From an uncultured delta proteobacterium (GTDB taxonomy: Bacteria; Desulfobacterota; Binatia; UBA9968): DNA of 64,000 bases. Below the pieces are notes generated by a model. That model worked only from the letters and a program-made list of their open reading frames with translations. It was not told where the DNA came from and did not search any database. A program made the translations under genes and the position numbers. Numbering within the stretch: position 1 is the first letter of the stretch; the number at the start of each line of letters is the position of its first letter. Shown one piece after another: positions 11,201 to 20,667 of this stretch. The DNA lies in the NCBI GenBank assembly GCA_963840855.1, contig CAWJBB010000007.1:1-64000 (forward strand), given 5' to 3'.

Positions 11201-11563
11201 AGGGCTCGTTCGATAGCGGGAACCAGGCGTTCGAGTTGATCCTTGAGCAGGTAATCCGTCGCGCCCGACTTGAGGCATTCGACTGCTTCGATGTCACCCA
11301 GCGAGCCGGAGATCATTATGACGGGCACCTGAGGCTGTTTCGCCAAAGACGCTTCTAACGCAGCTCGCCCGCTGTAGCCGGGCACAGTGTAATCGCAGAG
11401 AACGACGTCAAAGCGCGCACGATCCAGCGCGGACTCGAAGCTTGCCTTATCGGTTACGTAGGTCACATCGCATGATAGTCCTTCTGAACCGAGCTTTCTT
11501 CGGATCAGCTCCGCATCCTGCGGATTGTCGTCAAGATGGAGAATGTCGAATGGAACTTTGCAT
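8295..11563 (-). pseudogene. Hybrid sensor histidine kinase REC-PAS-PAS-GAF-HisKA-HATPase-REC-Hpt, broken by several frameshifts and an in-frame TAG
   Basis: ILHLDDNPQD REC, PAS (NLFEIAPDGLLI), GAF, FLATMSHEIRTPMN, NAIKFT, DPGIG, GTGLGL, VVDDN*LNRNVL (TAG 9039-9041), Hpt AHRLKGAA. Confidence 0.85.
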
Positions 11564-11976
11564 ACAAAAACCGTGATCGAACATGTCCTGTTACAGTCTC
11601 GACGATAACATCGGCGATGGAACCGTTACGGTACCGGGGGGCACACTGGGGTGACATCTCGCACACTGTGGTCACCCGAAGGGTCCCAATCTTCGAGTGT
11701 ATGAGAAGGGACTCGAAGCAACCTCTATGCCAGTAATCGGCCGAAAAACACGTAAATAAAGGTCAACATGCGAGCCCTTTGGCGAGCATCCCGTCAACAT
11801 TCTGACGGATCGCCTACCTTTCGTCGGAAGCTTATCTCTGAACTGCCAAACCGCGGGGAACCCTTTCGGTTGTCGTCGATTCAAAATCGAGCGGTGGAGC
11901 CAAGCGGTAAGCGTTCAAAATTGATTGACCGCTTCTTGGAGCTAATGTTAAGTAGCAACATAAAGAGGAGCAAGTT

Positions 11977-12780
11977 ATGGCGAAGTTGGTGTTAGCTGCC
12001 GGAGTTCCGCATCCGCCCAGGCTTGTCTACGAGATGGCGCAGGCGCCGGGGAAAATGAAGGGCGAAGCGCTCATGAAGCAGGTTCGCGAGCAAGTCGAGA
12101 AGGCCGAGCCTGACGTTATTATCGAAGTGGACAGCGATCATTTTGTGAATTTCTTTTATAACAACTTGCCGTCTTTTTGCGTCGGCATGGCCGAGGAAGC
12201 CCAGGGGCCTCAGGAATCCTGGTGTCCGATGCCGCGTTACGTGGTCAAGGGACATGTTTCCATGGCCAAGGCGCTGTTCAAGTACGGAGTGCATGACAAG
12301 TTCGACTTGGCCGCGGCCCATGAGCTTCGTCCGGATCACTCGCTCATGGTGCCTTTGCACTTTCTCAACCCGGCAATGGCACTGCCGGTGATCCCGATCT
12401 ATACGAATGGATTTGCTTCGCCTTTGCCTCTGGCAAGTCGTTGCCTTGCCCTGGGTCGGATGCTACGCCGGTTTATCGACGCGTGGGAAGGGAAGGAGCG
12501 GGTGGCGCTTGTCGCCAGCGGCTGTTTCGCCCAGGACGTCGGCGGGCCGCTCAGGGGCTGGACCGACACCGAATGGATGGAAACTATTTCCGGACTGCTC
12601 GTCAAAGGGCAGTACCAGGCGCTTGCCCGGCGCGCCACCGAAGAGCGCATCAATCACGCCGGTAACAACAGTGGCGAGCTACTGAACTGGATCACGGTCA
12701 CCGGCGCGGTAGGCAAGACCAGGCCGCTGTTCCTGGAAAATGATGAAGGCTCCGGATACTCGGTGTGGAAATTCGATTGA
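11977..12780 (+). CDS. LigB-like (class III) extradiol ring-cleavage dioxygenase large subunit, atypical active site
   Basis: GVPHPP, DSDHFVNFF, RPDHSLMVPL, SGELLNW match LigB His12/His61/His127/Glu242 positions. Confidence 0.82.
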   Translation: MAKLVLAAGVPHPPRLVYEMAQAPGKMKGEALMKQVREQVEKAEPDVIIEVDSDHFVNFFYNNLPSFCVGMAEEAQGPQESWCPMPRYVVKGHVSMAKALFKYGVHDKFDLAAAHELRPDHSLMVPLHFLNPAMALPVIPIYTNGFASPLPLASRCLALGRMLRRFIDAWEGKERVALVASGCFAQDVGGPLRGWTDTEWMETISGLLVKGQYQALARRATEERINHAGNNSGELLNWITVTGAVGKTRPLFLENDEGSGYSVWKFD

Positions 12781-12789
12781 ACGGGGAAC

Positions 12790-13110
12790 GTGATGAGCGT
12801 CTATCAGGTCAATAAGCTTCTCTATATGACGGACAACGATCCCGCATTCCGCAAACGGATGAAAGAGGAGCCGGAAGCCGCGCTGAAAGACTTCCGGATT
12901 ACCAAGGAAGAGCATGACGCCTTGACTTCGGGATCCGTGGGCAAGCTCTACCAGATGGGCGTGCACACTTTTCTCTTAAATCATCTTTCGCGCTATGAGC
13001 TGTTCGGCGTGAACCGCGACAATTATCTGGAACGGATTCGCGAAGGAATGGAATACGACGCGCGCTTTGAACAAGGCAAAATGCCCATGCAGTATTTCAT
13101 CAAGCAGTAA
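12790..13110 (+). CDS. LigA-like small subunit of ring-cleavage dioxygenase
   Basis: MSVYQVNKLLY...ITKEEHDALTSG...LYQMGVHTFLL; directly follows the LigB-like gene. Confidence 0.75.
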   Translation: MMSVYQVNKLLYMTDNDPAFRKRMKEEPEAALKDFRITKEEHDALTSGSVGKLYQMGVHTFLLNHLSRYELFGVNRDNYLERIREGMEYDARFEQGKMPMQYFIKQ

Positions 13111-13185
13111 GTTCGACGGGCTCCAAGCCGTCGAACAAATTGCATCACTTCCCTCACGCGCGAGCAAAGCCGTTTCTTTGTCATA

Positions 13186-13215
13186 TTGACACCTCCGGAC
13201 CTGCTCGGATATTTT
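13186..13215 (+). promoter_or_regulatory. Candidate sigma70 promoter of Rieske cluster
   Basis: TTGACA (13186) followed 18 nt later by TATTTT; weak -10. Confidence 0.35.
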
Positions 13216-13262
13216 CTGCCGCAGTGACGGCAGGTAATCGGTTTAGATCGAGGAGAAAAATT

Positions 13263-14438
13263 ATGGCGTTGAGTCGTGAAGAAAACGAAATGCTGACTCG
13301 CGTGGGCAAAGGGACTCCCGGTGGCGAGATGTTGCGCCGCTACTGGCACCCCATCGGTTTTAGCAATGAATTGAAAAACCGGCCGGTCAAAAGACGGCTC
13401 CTCGGTGAAGACCTGGTACTGTTTCGCGATGAAAACGGCCGCGCGGGCTTGCTCACTTTGTTTTGCCTGCATCGGGGGACCTCCCTCGAATTCGGTCATA
13501 TCGAAAACGGCGGACTGCGCTGCTGCTATCATGGTTGGTTGTATGACGTCGAGGGAAAGATCTTGGAAACGCCCGGCGAGCCGGCGGACAGCACGTTCCG
13601 GCAGCGCATGCGCCAGCCCGCGTACAAGGTGGAGGAGCTGGCGGGAATTATTTTCGCCTATCTCGGTCCCGACCCGGCGCCGCTGTTGCCGCGTTACGAT
13701 GTTTTGGTGCGCGACGACGGTGTACGCTCGCTCAGCGGGCGCGTCGTCCATTGCAATTTTTTGCAGATGGTCGAGAACAGCGTCGATCAGCACCATTTCA
13801 AGTGGCTGCACCGCACGCCCAAGACCCGCTTCTGGAAAGATGAAAGACTGACTTCGGATGCCACCGAGTACGGTATTCGCGATACATTTACGCGCCGCGT
13901 AGGGGATGAGTATTTCCGCACCATCAGTTTGTTTTTGATGCCCAACATGAACAAGGTGGGGTATCACCTGCCCGAAGACCATCCGGCAGCGTTTGCCGCC
14001 ACCCATGAGGGCTACGAGGCGCTACGCTGGCGCGTGCCCATCGACGACACCAACACGATGCATTTCACGCTTTACTTCTCTCCCATTATCGACGGTAAGG
14101 CGGCGAAGATACCGCCTGACCAATCGGAGCAAGGTCTGCTCGACAGCGTGCACGGCAAATACCGGTGGGATGAAGAGACCGGCTGGATCGCGCGCGGCGA
14201 CCAGGACCGCTGCGCCCAGGAAAGCCAGGGGGCGATCTTCGACCGCACTCAGGAGCATCTCGGCGTCTCCGATGAAGGCGTCATTTTGCTGCGCAAAATG
14301 TTCAAGCAGTCGATCGAAGCCGTGCAGCGCGGCGAAGATCCGGTGGGGATCATTCGCGATCCGGCGAAAAACGAAATCCTGCGTTGGGTGCCAGCGGAAT
14401 TTAAACTCGATCCTGAAAGTGAGGCCGCCCATGCGTAG
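13263..14438 (+). CDS. Rieske non-heme iron oxygenase, phthalate 4,5-dioxygenase/LigX-like (type A, copy 1)
   Basis: CLHRG...CCYHGW Rieske motif; ENSVDQHHFKWLH and DQDRCAQESQG mononuclear iron motifs. Confidence 0.93.
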   Translation: MALSREENEMLTRVGKGTPGGEMLRRYWHPIGFSNELKNRPVKRRLLGEDLVLFRDENGRAGLLTLFCLHRGTSLEFGHIENGGLRCCYHGWLYDVEGKILETPGEPADSTFRQRMRQPAYKVEELAGIIFAYLGPDPAPLLPRYDVLVRDDGVRSLSGRVVHCNFLQMVENSVDQHHFKWLHRTPKTRFWKDERLTSDATEYGIRDTFTRRVGDEYFRTISLFLMPNMNKVGYHLPEDHPAAFAATHEGYEALRWRVPIDDTNTMHFTLYFSPIIDGKAAKIPPDQSEQGLLDSVHGKYRWDEETGWIARGDQDRCAQESQGAIFDRTQEHLGVSDEGVILLRKMFKQSIEAVQRGEDPVGIIRDPAKNEILRWVPAEFKLDPESEAAHA

Positions 14439-15522
14439 ACAAATCATGATGGGCTGCTGTTTAGGCGTTCTTCTTTCTGCCATCGCTTTCCTGCTCGCGG
14501 TTGCGCAAGGATTCGCCGCGGAAGGCGTCGAGTCGCTGATCGCGGGAGCGAAGAAGGAAGATGAAATAACCTTTGTTGCCGGCGCGCAAACCTTCGGCGG
14601 GAGAAAAGGGCTCGCCGATCTGGAAGGCGCGTTCAACAAAAGATTTGGCTTGAAGACGCGCATCAACTTCGCGGCCGGCCCGGACATGAACGCGCGGGCG
14701 GCACGGCATATCACGGAGATCAAGTCGGGGCGCAAAGCGTCGTCGGATATTTTTCTTGGCTCGCAGTCGCACCAGGCGTTGATGCATGTGGAAAACGCCC
14801 TCGAAAAGGTCAATTACGCGGGCCTGTTTCCCTGGGTAACCAAGGAGATGGAGATCTATCCCAACGAAGCCGTGCTGGTTTACACCTCGCCCAACGGGAT
14901 TATCTACAACGTCAATCTGATTCCCAAAGACAAAGCGCCCAAGAATTATCTTGATTTGATCGATCCGCGTTTAAGTCCGGCGTGGGCCGGCAAGTTGGCG
15001 ATACCGCCTTACGTTGCCTGGCTGGCGGAGTTATCGCTCAATTGGGGACAGGAGAAAGTCAAGGACTTCGCGCGCAAGCTCGTGGCGATCAGCGGCGGCC
15101 GGCTGCGCTACAGCGAAGAGGAACGCATCGTCAGTGGTGAATTTCCAGTGATGGCGAATATCGGCGACGCTTTGGGCGCCATGTGGACCTGGCAGACCAA
15201 GGGCGCGCCGATTATGGCGGTGCCCGGAACGTCGCCCATCAATACCGATTATTTCCAACTCAGCGTGCCGAAGAACGTCGCCCATCCTAATCTCGCCAAG
15301 CTGTTTGTCGCCTTCATGGCCACCAAGGAGGCACAAGCGATTCTGCAAAAATACGAGTCGCGTAGCTCCCACCTGGTGGAAGGGACCATAATGCACAAGT
15401 ATTTGCACGAAAACCGGGTCACGGTGCAGGAGCCGAAGGAATCGATTGCCTACTATCTCAAGGGCGAGTCGGACGAAGGACTTCAGTTCAAGGCGGAGTT
15501 GGCGAAGATACTCAAACAGTAG
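14431..15522 (+). CDS. Extracellular solute-binding protein (Fe3+/thiamine/polyamine ABC superfamily), copy 1
   Basis: Signal peptide, AGAKKE, IIYNVNLIPKDKAPKNY, KNVAHPNLAKLFVAFM; overlaps the Rieske stop. Confidence 0.88.
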   Translation: MRRQIMMGCCLGVLLSAIAFLLAVAQGFAAEGVESLIAGAKKEDEITFVAGAQTFGGRKGLADLEGAFNKRFGLKTRINFAAGPDMNARAARHITEIKSGRKASSDIFLGSQSHQALMHVENALEKVNYAGLFPWVTKEMEIYPNEAVLVYTSPNGIIYNVNLIPKDKAPKNYLDLIDPRLSPAWAGKLAIPPYVAWLAELSLNWGQEKVKDFARKLVAISGGRLRYSEEERIVSGEFPVMANIGDALGAMWTWQTKGAPIMAVPGTSPINTDYFQLSVPKNVAHPNLAKLFVAFMATKEAQAILQKYESRSSHLVEGTIMHKYLHENRVTVQEPKESIAYYLKGESDEGLQFKAELAKILKQ

Positions 15523-15584
15523 TTTCTAGTTTCTGGTTCCAAGTTCGGTCAATCGAGAAACTTGAAACTAGAAACCAGAAACTC
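15523..15584. repeat. Heptamer inverted array (TAGTTTC)n...(GAAACTA)n
   Basis: tttctagtttctggttccaagttc ... gaaacttgaaactagaaaccagaaact. Confidence 0.7.
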
Positions 15585-15594
15585 TGGAGGCCGA

Positions 15595-16728
15595 ATGTTA
15601 TCCAAAGAAGAAAACGAATTATTGACGCGCGTGGGCCGCGGCACGCCGGGCGGCGAAATGCTGCGGCGTTATTGGTGGCCGGTGGGCTTCTCAGAGTTGG
15701 TCAGCAAGAATGGCCAGCCGGTCAAAGCGCGCTTGCTCGGCGAAGATCTGGTGCTCTTTCGGGACGGCGGCGGCAGGCTCGGGGTCCTTGCGCTGCACTG
15801 CTCGCACCGCGGCACGTCACTAGAGTTCGGCCGGGTGGAAGAGACTGGTATTCGCTGCTGCTACCACGGCTGGCTCTACGACATCCATGGGCAATGTCTC
15901 GAACAGCCCGCGGAACCGGCCGACAGTAGTTTTAAAAACCGCGTGCAGCATCCGGCTTACCAGGCTCAGGAGATCGCCGGGTTTATTTTTGCTTACATGG
16001 GTCCTGCACCCGCGCCGCTGCTGCCAAACTATGATCTGTTTCTTCGAGAAGACGGCGAGCGCCATGTCGGCGCCGGCCATGACTATTGCAACTGGCTGCA
16101 GCGCGCCGAAAATTCTGTGGACCAAACTCATCTCGTAGCGCTGCACGCGCCCGAGTATCCGCACATGGCCTTGAAACGGCCGGTCATCGGCTGGGAGCGA
16201 ACCGCCTACGGGTCAAAAATTTCGATGCATGTTCCGGGCGTCAGCAAGCCGAAATATTCCCACTGGATTTTTCCCTCGCACACACGGCATACCACGGCTA
16301 GGATCGGGCGCATCCCGGACCACGCGATTCGCTTTCGTGTGCCCGTGGACGATATCAACACGAAAACCTTTTGGTTGCGATTCTATCCTTACGGCGAGAG
16401 CGAAAGAGACAAGCCGCTGGTTCTCAAGACCGTGGGTTTTGAAAACGACCAGCCGGGAGTCTACAACCGCGTCGACGACGGCTGGTGGGGTATCGCGTCC
16501 AACGATCAGGATCGCGTGGCGCAAGAGAGCCAGGGACGGATCTTTGACCGCACCAAGGAGCATCTGGGCGCGTCGGACGAGGGCGTCATCATGCTGCGCG
16601 CGATGATCAAGGAATCGATAGACGCCGTGGGCCAAGGGAAAGATCCGATCTGGACCATCAGGGACGCGGCGCAAAATAAAAAGATCGCCTTCGACGCGAG
16701 CATGCAGGAGATCGGGGCGCTGACATGA
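15595..16728 (+). CDS. Rieske non-heme iron oxygenase (type B, copy 1)
   Basis: CSHRG...CCYHGW; NWLQRAENSVDQTHLVALH; DQDRVAQESQG. Confidence 0.93.
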   Translation: MLSKEENELLTRVGRGTPGGEMLRRYWWPVGFSELVSKNGQPVKARLLGEDLVLFRDGGGRLGVLALHCSHRGTSLEFGRVEETGIRCCYHGWLYDIHGQCLEQPAEPADSSFKNRVQHPAYQAQEIAGFIFAYMGPAPAPLLPNYDLFLREDGERHVGAGHDYCNWLQRAENSVDQTHLVALHAPEYPHMALKRPVIGWERTAYGSKISMHVPGVSKPKYSHWIFPSHTRHTTARIGRIPDHAIRFRVPVDDINTKTFWLRFYPYGESERDKPLVLKTVGFENDQPGVYNRVDDGWWGIASNDQDRVAQESQGRIFDRTKEHLGASDEGVIMLRAMIKESIDAVGQGKDPIWTIRDAAQNKKIAFDASMQEIGALT

Positions 16729-16737
16729 CCGCTGGCG

Positions 16738-16857
16738 CGGTTCAAATCGTTCAAAAAGTTCAAGCCGCGCGATGCGCGGTTCAACGTTTAAGGTTCAAAG
16801 TTCAAGGTTTGAAATCCGGCTAAGACGTTGAACCCGGAACATTGAACTTTGAACGGG
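16738..16857. repeat. GTTCAA/TTGAAC heptamer-nonamer inverted array
   Basis: gttcaaagttcaaggtttgaaatccggctaagacgttgaacccggaacattgaactttgaac; near-identical to 19271-19345. Confidence 0.8.
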
Positions 16858-16873
16858 TTTCAAAGAGGAAATC

Positions 16874-18022
16874 ATGCTGTCCAAGGAAGAAAACGATTTT
16901 TTCACCCGCGTCGGGCCGGGTACTCCGGCCGGCGAGATGCTGCGCCGTTACTGGCATCCGATTGCGTTTGCCGCCGAGCTGAAGAATCGGCCCCTGCGCC
17001 GCCGGATACTCGGCGAAGATCTGGTGTTGTTCCGGGACGATAAAGGCAGACTCGGTCTTTTGCAGCTGCGCTGCTCGCATCGCGGCACGTCCCTCGAATT
17101 CGGCCACCTCGAAGACGGCGGCTTGCGATGCTGCTATCACGGCTGGCTCTACGACGTCGAGGGCAAAATATTGGAAATGCCCGGCGAGCCCGCCGACAAC
17201 AGGTTTTGGCAAAGGCTGCGTCATCCGGCCTACAAGGTTCAAGAGCTTGGCGGCGTGATCTTCGCGTATCTCGGCCCTGAGCCGGCGACGCTTTTGCCGC
17301 ACTGGGACGTGCTGGTGCGCGAAGATGGCGTGCGCGCGCGGCGCGCGCGCACGGTGAACTGCAACTATTTTCAGATGATCGAGAACTCTGTGGATCAGAA
17401 CCATTTGCGCTGGCTGCACCGCACGGCGGCGACGCCGACATGGGACGACGGCGAGATCAACCCGCAAGTGTTCGAATACGGCGTGCTCAACACTTACACG
17501 CGGCGCGTCGCCGACGGCCAACGCTACGCCCATGTTAATTTTTTCGTGATGCCGAGCATAAACAAGACCGGCAACGTCGAGGAAGGCCATCCCGGCGAAC
17601 ACCAGGCCAGCAGCTCCGGCGAGGTCATGCGCTGGCGCGTGCCCATCGACGACACCCACACGATGCACTTCACGGTGGAGTTCGGCGCGGTGGTCAATGG
17701 CAAACCGGTGGCGCAGATCATGAAAGACGAATCGGAGAGGGGACTCATCGAATCCGAGTACGGAGTTTACAAGTGGGACGATGAGATCGGCTGGTTCGCC
17801 CGCGGCGATCAAGACCGCGTCGCCCAGGAAAGCCAGGGCATGCTCTACGACCGCAGCAATGAGCATCTGGCCTACACGGACAGGGGGGTGATTCTCTTGC
17901 GCCGTCTGTATAAGGAATCCATCGAGTCGGTAAGAAAAGGCGGCGATCCCATCGGTGTGGTGCGCGACCCGGCGAAAAACGATCTGATTCGTCTTCGGCC
18001 CTATGAAGAACGGTTGGACTAA
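16874..18022 (+). CDS. Rieske non-heme iron oxygenase (type A, copy 2)
   Basis: CSHRG...CCYHGW; NYFQMIENSVDQNHLRWLH; ARGDQDRVAQESQG; shares RWRVPIDDT.TMHFT and YKWDDE.GW.ARGDQD with 13263-14438. Confidence 0.93.
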   Translation: MLSKEENDFFTRVGPGTPAGEMLRRYWHPIAFAAELKNRPLRRRILGEDLVLFRDDKGRLGLLQLRCSHRGTSLEFGHLEDGGLRCCYHGWLYDVEGKILEMPGEPADNRFWQRLRHPAYKVQELGGVIFAYLGPEPATLLPHWDVLVREDGVRARRARTVNCNYFQMIENSVDQNHLRWLHRTAATPTWDDGEINPQVFEYGVLNTYTRRVADGQRYAHVNFFVMPSINKTGNVEEGHPGEHQASSSGEVMRWRVPIDDTHTMHFTVEFGAVVNGKPVAQIMKDESERGLIESEYGVYKWDDEIGWFARGDQDRVAQESQGMLYDRSNEHLAYTDRGVILLRRLYKESIESVRKGGDPIGVVRDPAKNDLIRLRPYEERLD

Positions 18023-18057
18023 AAACTCGGTGGGTGCAACGAATGAACAAGCGTTTT

Positions 18058-18170
18058 CCCTCTCCCGCACGCGGTCTTTAGATTGGCACAAAGGTCGCAT
18101 GCGGGAGAGGGCCAGGGTGAGGCAAACCACCCTCACCTCTATCCTCTCCCTCCAAAGGAGGGCGAGGAGG
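18058..18170. repeat. CCCTCTCCC...GGGAGAGGG palindromic intergenic repeat
   Basis: CCCTCTCCCGCA (18058) pairs with TGCGGGAGAGGG (18100), followed by a second related hairpin. Confidence 0.65.
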
Positions 18171-18189
18171 TCGTGACGAGGAGAACCAA

Positions 18190-19263
18190 ATGAAATCCTG
18201 GACGAGCAAATTGTTTTTGGCTCTCTCTATTATGCTGGTCGATTACTCACGATTACTTGCCGCTGAAACCATCGAGCAACTGATCGCTGGGGCAAAGAAA
18301 GAATCTGAGCTGACTTTCATCGCCGGCGCGCAGACCTTTGGCGGCGCGAAGACGCTGGCGGCGTTGGAGGCGGCGTTCAACAAGCGATTTGGCTTGAACG
18401 CAAGAATCCGTTTCGCCGCGGGACCGGAGATGAACGCCATGGCCGCGCGAGTGATCACGGAACATAAAAGCGGCGCCAAGGCGTCCACCGATATGTACCA
18501 CGGCTCCCAATCGCACTTTTCTTTGCTGCATAAAGAGAAAACGTTGGAGCAGATCGATTGGTCCGGCGTCTTTCCCTGGATTACCAAGCCGATGGAGATC
18601 TTTCCCAAAGAGGGACTGCTGATCTTCACCTCGCTGCGGGGCACTATTTATAATTCCAAACTGATTGCCAAAGAGAAGGCGCCAAAGACTTACGAAGATC
18701 TGGTGGATCCGAAACTGAGCCCGACCTGGGCCGGAAGGTTGGCGATTCCTCCGTACGTCTCCTGGCTTGTCGAGCTGTCGATGATTTGGAGCGAAGATAA
18801 GGTCAAAGATTTTACCCGCAAGCTGGTGGCTTTGAGCGGCGGGCGGCTGCGTTACAGCGAGGAAGAAAGGGTGGTGAGCGGTGAGTTTCCCATCGCCGCC
18901 AACATGGGCGGCGCGGTCGAACAGATGTGGCAATGGCAGGCCAAGGGCGCGCCGCTGGTGGCAGTAATGGGCTCGACACCGGTGCTGCCGTCCTATTTTC
19001 AACTGGGCGTGCCGAAGAATTCGGCCCATCCGAACCTGGCAAAGTTGTTCGTGGCCTTTATGGCTTCCAAGGAAGCGCAGGGGATTCTCGACAAGCTCGA
19101 CTTTCGTTCTTCGCACCTGGTGGAAGGCACAAGAATGGCGAAGTATCTGCGCGAAAATCCGGTCAAGCTTCAGGCAGCCAAGGATTCCATCGCTTTTTAT
19201 CTAAAAGGTGAGGACAGCGGTTTGGAGTTTAAAGAAGAGTTGACGAAAATGTTGAAGCAATGA
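18190..19263 (+). CDS. Extracellular solute-binding protein, copy 2
   Basis: Close paralogue of 14431-15522 (AGAQTFGG, LSPTWAGRLAIPPYV, GGRLRYSEEER). Confidence 0.88.
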   Translation: MKSWTSKLFLALSIMLVDYSRLLAAETIEQLIAGAKKESELTFIAGAQTFGGAKTLAALEAAFNKRFGLNARIRFAAGPEMNAMAARVITEHKSGAKASTDMYHGSQSHFSLLHKEKTLEQIDWSGVFPWITKPMEIFPKEGLLIFTSLRGTIYNSKLIAKEKAPKTYEDLVDPKLSPTWAGRLAIPPYVSWLVELSMIWSEDKVKDFTRKLVALSGGRLRYSEEERVVSGEFPIAANMGGAVEQMWQWQAKGAPLVAVMGSTPVLPSYFQLGVPKNSAHPNLAKLFVAFMASKEAQGILDKLDFRSSHLVEGTRMAKYLRENPVKLQAAKDSIAFYLKGEDSGLEFKEELTKMLKQ

Positions 19264-19270
19264 AAACAGA

Positions 19271-19345
19271 GGTTCAATGTTCAACGTTCAAGTTAAGTTG
19301 GAAATCCGGCTAAAACGTTGAACCCGGAACATTGAACCTTGAACT
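19271..19345. repeat. GTTCAA/TTGAAC heptamer inverted array
   Basis: gttcaatgttcaacgttcaag...ttgaacccggaacattgaaccttgaac. Confidence 0.8.
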
Positions 19346-19363
19346 GATTTCAAAGAGGAAAGC

Positions 19364-20497
19364 ATGTTGTCCAAAGAAGAAAATGAACTCATGACCCGCG
19401 TCGGGCGCGGCACACCGGCGGGGGAGATGCTCCGGCGCTATTGGTGGCCGGTGGCGTTTACCGAAGCCGTGCAGCCGAAGGGCGCCCCGACTAAAGTAAG
19501 GTTATTGGGTGAAGATCTTGTGCTGTTCCGCGACGGCGGCGGCAACCTAGGCGCGCTCGAACTGCACTGTTCCCATCGCGGGACGTCACTCGAGTTCGGG
19601 CGAGTCGAAGATAAGGGTATCCGGTGCTGTTATCACGGCTGGCTCTACGACAGGCGCGGCAAATGTTTGGAGCAGCCCGCCGAGCCGGAAGACAGCACAT
19701 TCAAAGAGCGGATTCAGCATCCGGCGTTTCACGCCCTGGATGCAGGCGGTCTCGTCTTCATCTACATCGGCCCGGAACCTGCGCCCCTGTTGCCAGGCTA
19801 CGACTTGTTAGTTCGAGCCGACGGCTGCCGTGTGGTCGGTGGCGGTGAGGAGTTCTGTAACTGGTTGCAGCGCGCCGAGAATTCCGCGGACGGCGGACAT
19901 TCGATAGCGCTCCATGCCGCCGGTTATCCGAACATGGCGATGAAGCGGCCGACGATCAAATGGGAGCCGACCCCTGTCGGCATCAGAGAAACCACTTGGG
20001 TCGAAGGTGTGTCGAGACCGAGAATCTCCCATTTCGTATTTCCCTCGCATGTACGCCACTCGGCGGCCCGGGTCGGAGAACAGCCGCGCCAGGTGATGCG
20101 TTTTCGCGTGCCGGCGGACGATACCACAACGAATACATTTTGGATCGATTTTTATCCGCATAAAAACGGCCAGCCGACCCGGTCCGTGCCGTTAAGAACC
20201 AAAGGTTTCAAAAAAGACCAGCCGGGGGTATACGAACGTGTGCCAGACGGCTGGTGGAATATCCCCAACCGCGAGCAAGACCGAGTTGCGCAAGAGACCC
20301 AGGGTGTGATCGCGGATCGGACCCAGGAACATTTGGCATCGTCGGATACGGGCATTCTCATGCTGCGCAAGATGATCCGAGACGCCATCGATACGGTGGC
20401 TCAAGGTAAAGATCCCATCGGTGTGCTCAGAACCGCCGGCGCGAACCAACCGATTACTTTCGATTCGAGCCGCGACGCGGTTGAGGCGCTGAATTGA
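19364..20497 (+). CDS. Rieske non-heme iron oxygenase (type B, copy 2)
   Basis: CSHRG...CCYHGW; NWLQRAENSADGGHSIALH; shares FPSH.RH..AR.G and DQPGVY.RV.DGWW with 15595-16728. Confidence 0.93.
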   Translation: MLSKEENELMTRVGRGTPAGEMLRRYWWPVAFTEAVQPKGAPTKVRLLGEDLVLFRDGGGNLGALELHCSHRGTSLEFGRVEDKGIRCCYHGWLYDRRGKCLEQPAEPEDSTFKERIQHPAFHALDAGGLVFIYIGPEPAPLLPGYDLLVRADGCRVVGGGEEFCNWLQRAENSADGGHSIALHAAGYPNMAMKRPTIKWEPTPVGIRETTWVEGVSRPRISHFVFPSHVRHSAARVGEQPRQVMRFRVPADDTTTNTFWIDFYPHKNGQPTRSVPLRTKGFKKDQPGVYERVPDGWWNIPNREQDRVAQETQGVIADRTQEHLASSDTGILMLRKMIRDAIDTVAQGKDPIGVLRTAGANQPITFDSSRDAVEALN

Positions 20498-20555
20498 AAA
20501 GACATTAATGTCACGGCCGGGAATGGTTAGAATCGCTTGCGTTCAGGCGAAGAGA

Positions 20556-20620
20556 AAATCCAGTGTGGCGGCGAAGAGGCAATGGCGCAAAACCTGGATT
20601 CCCGCTTGCGCGGGAAAGAC
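20556..20620. repeat. CTGGATTCCCGC-type intergenic palindrome
   Basis: aaatccag ... ctggattcccgcttgcgcgggaaagac; related motif cctgcgcgggaatgac at ~31948. Confidence 0.55.
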
Positions 20621-20667
20621 GGACAATAAAAGCCACTTCGAGTCGACGTTTTCACGGGAGGAGAATC

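Noticed and set aside
11615-11720. Partial resemblance to the c-di-AMP (ydaO) riboswitch (GGGGG...TGGGGTGA)
   Set aside because: The 3' half of the consensus is missing, and orientation and gene context do not fit
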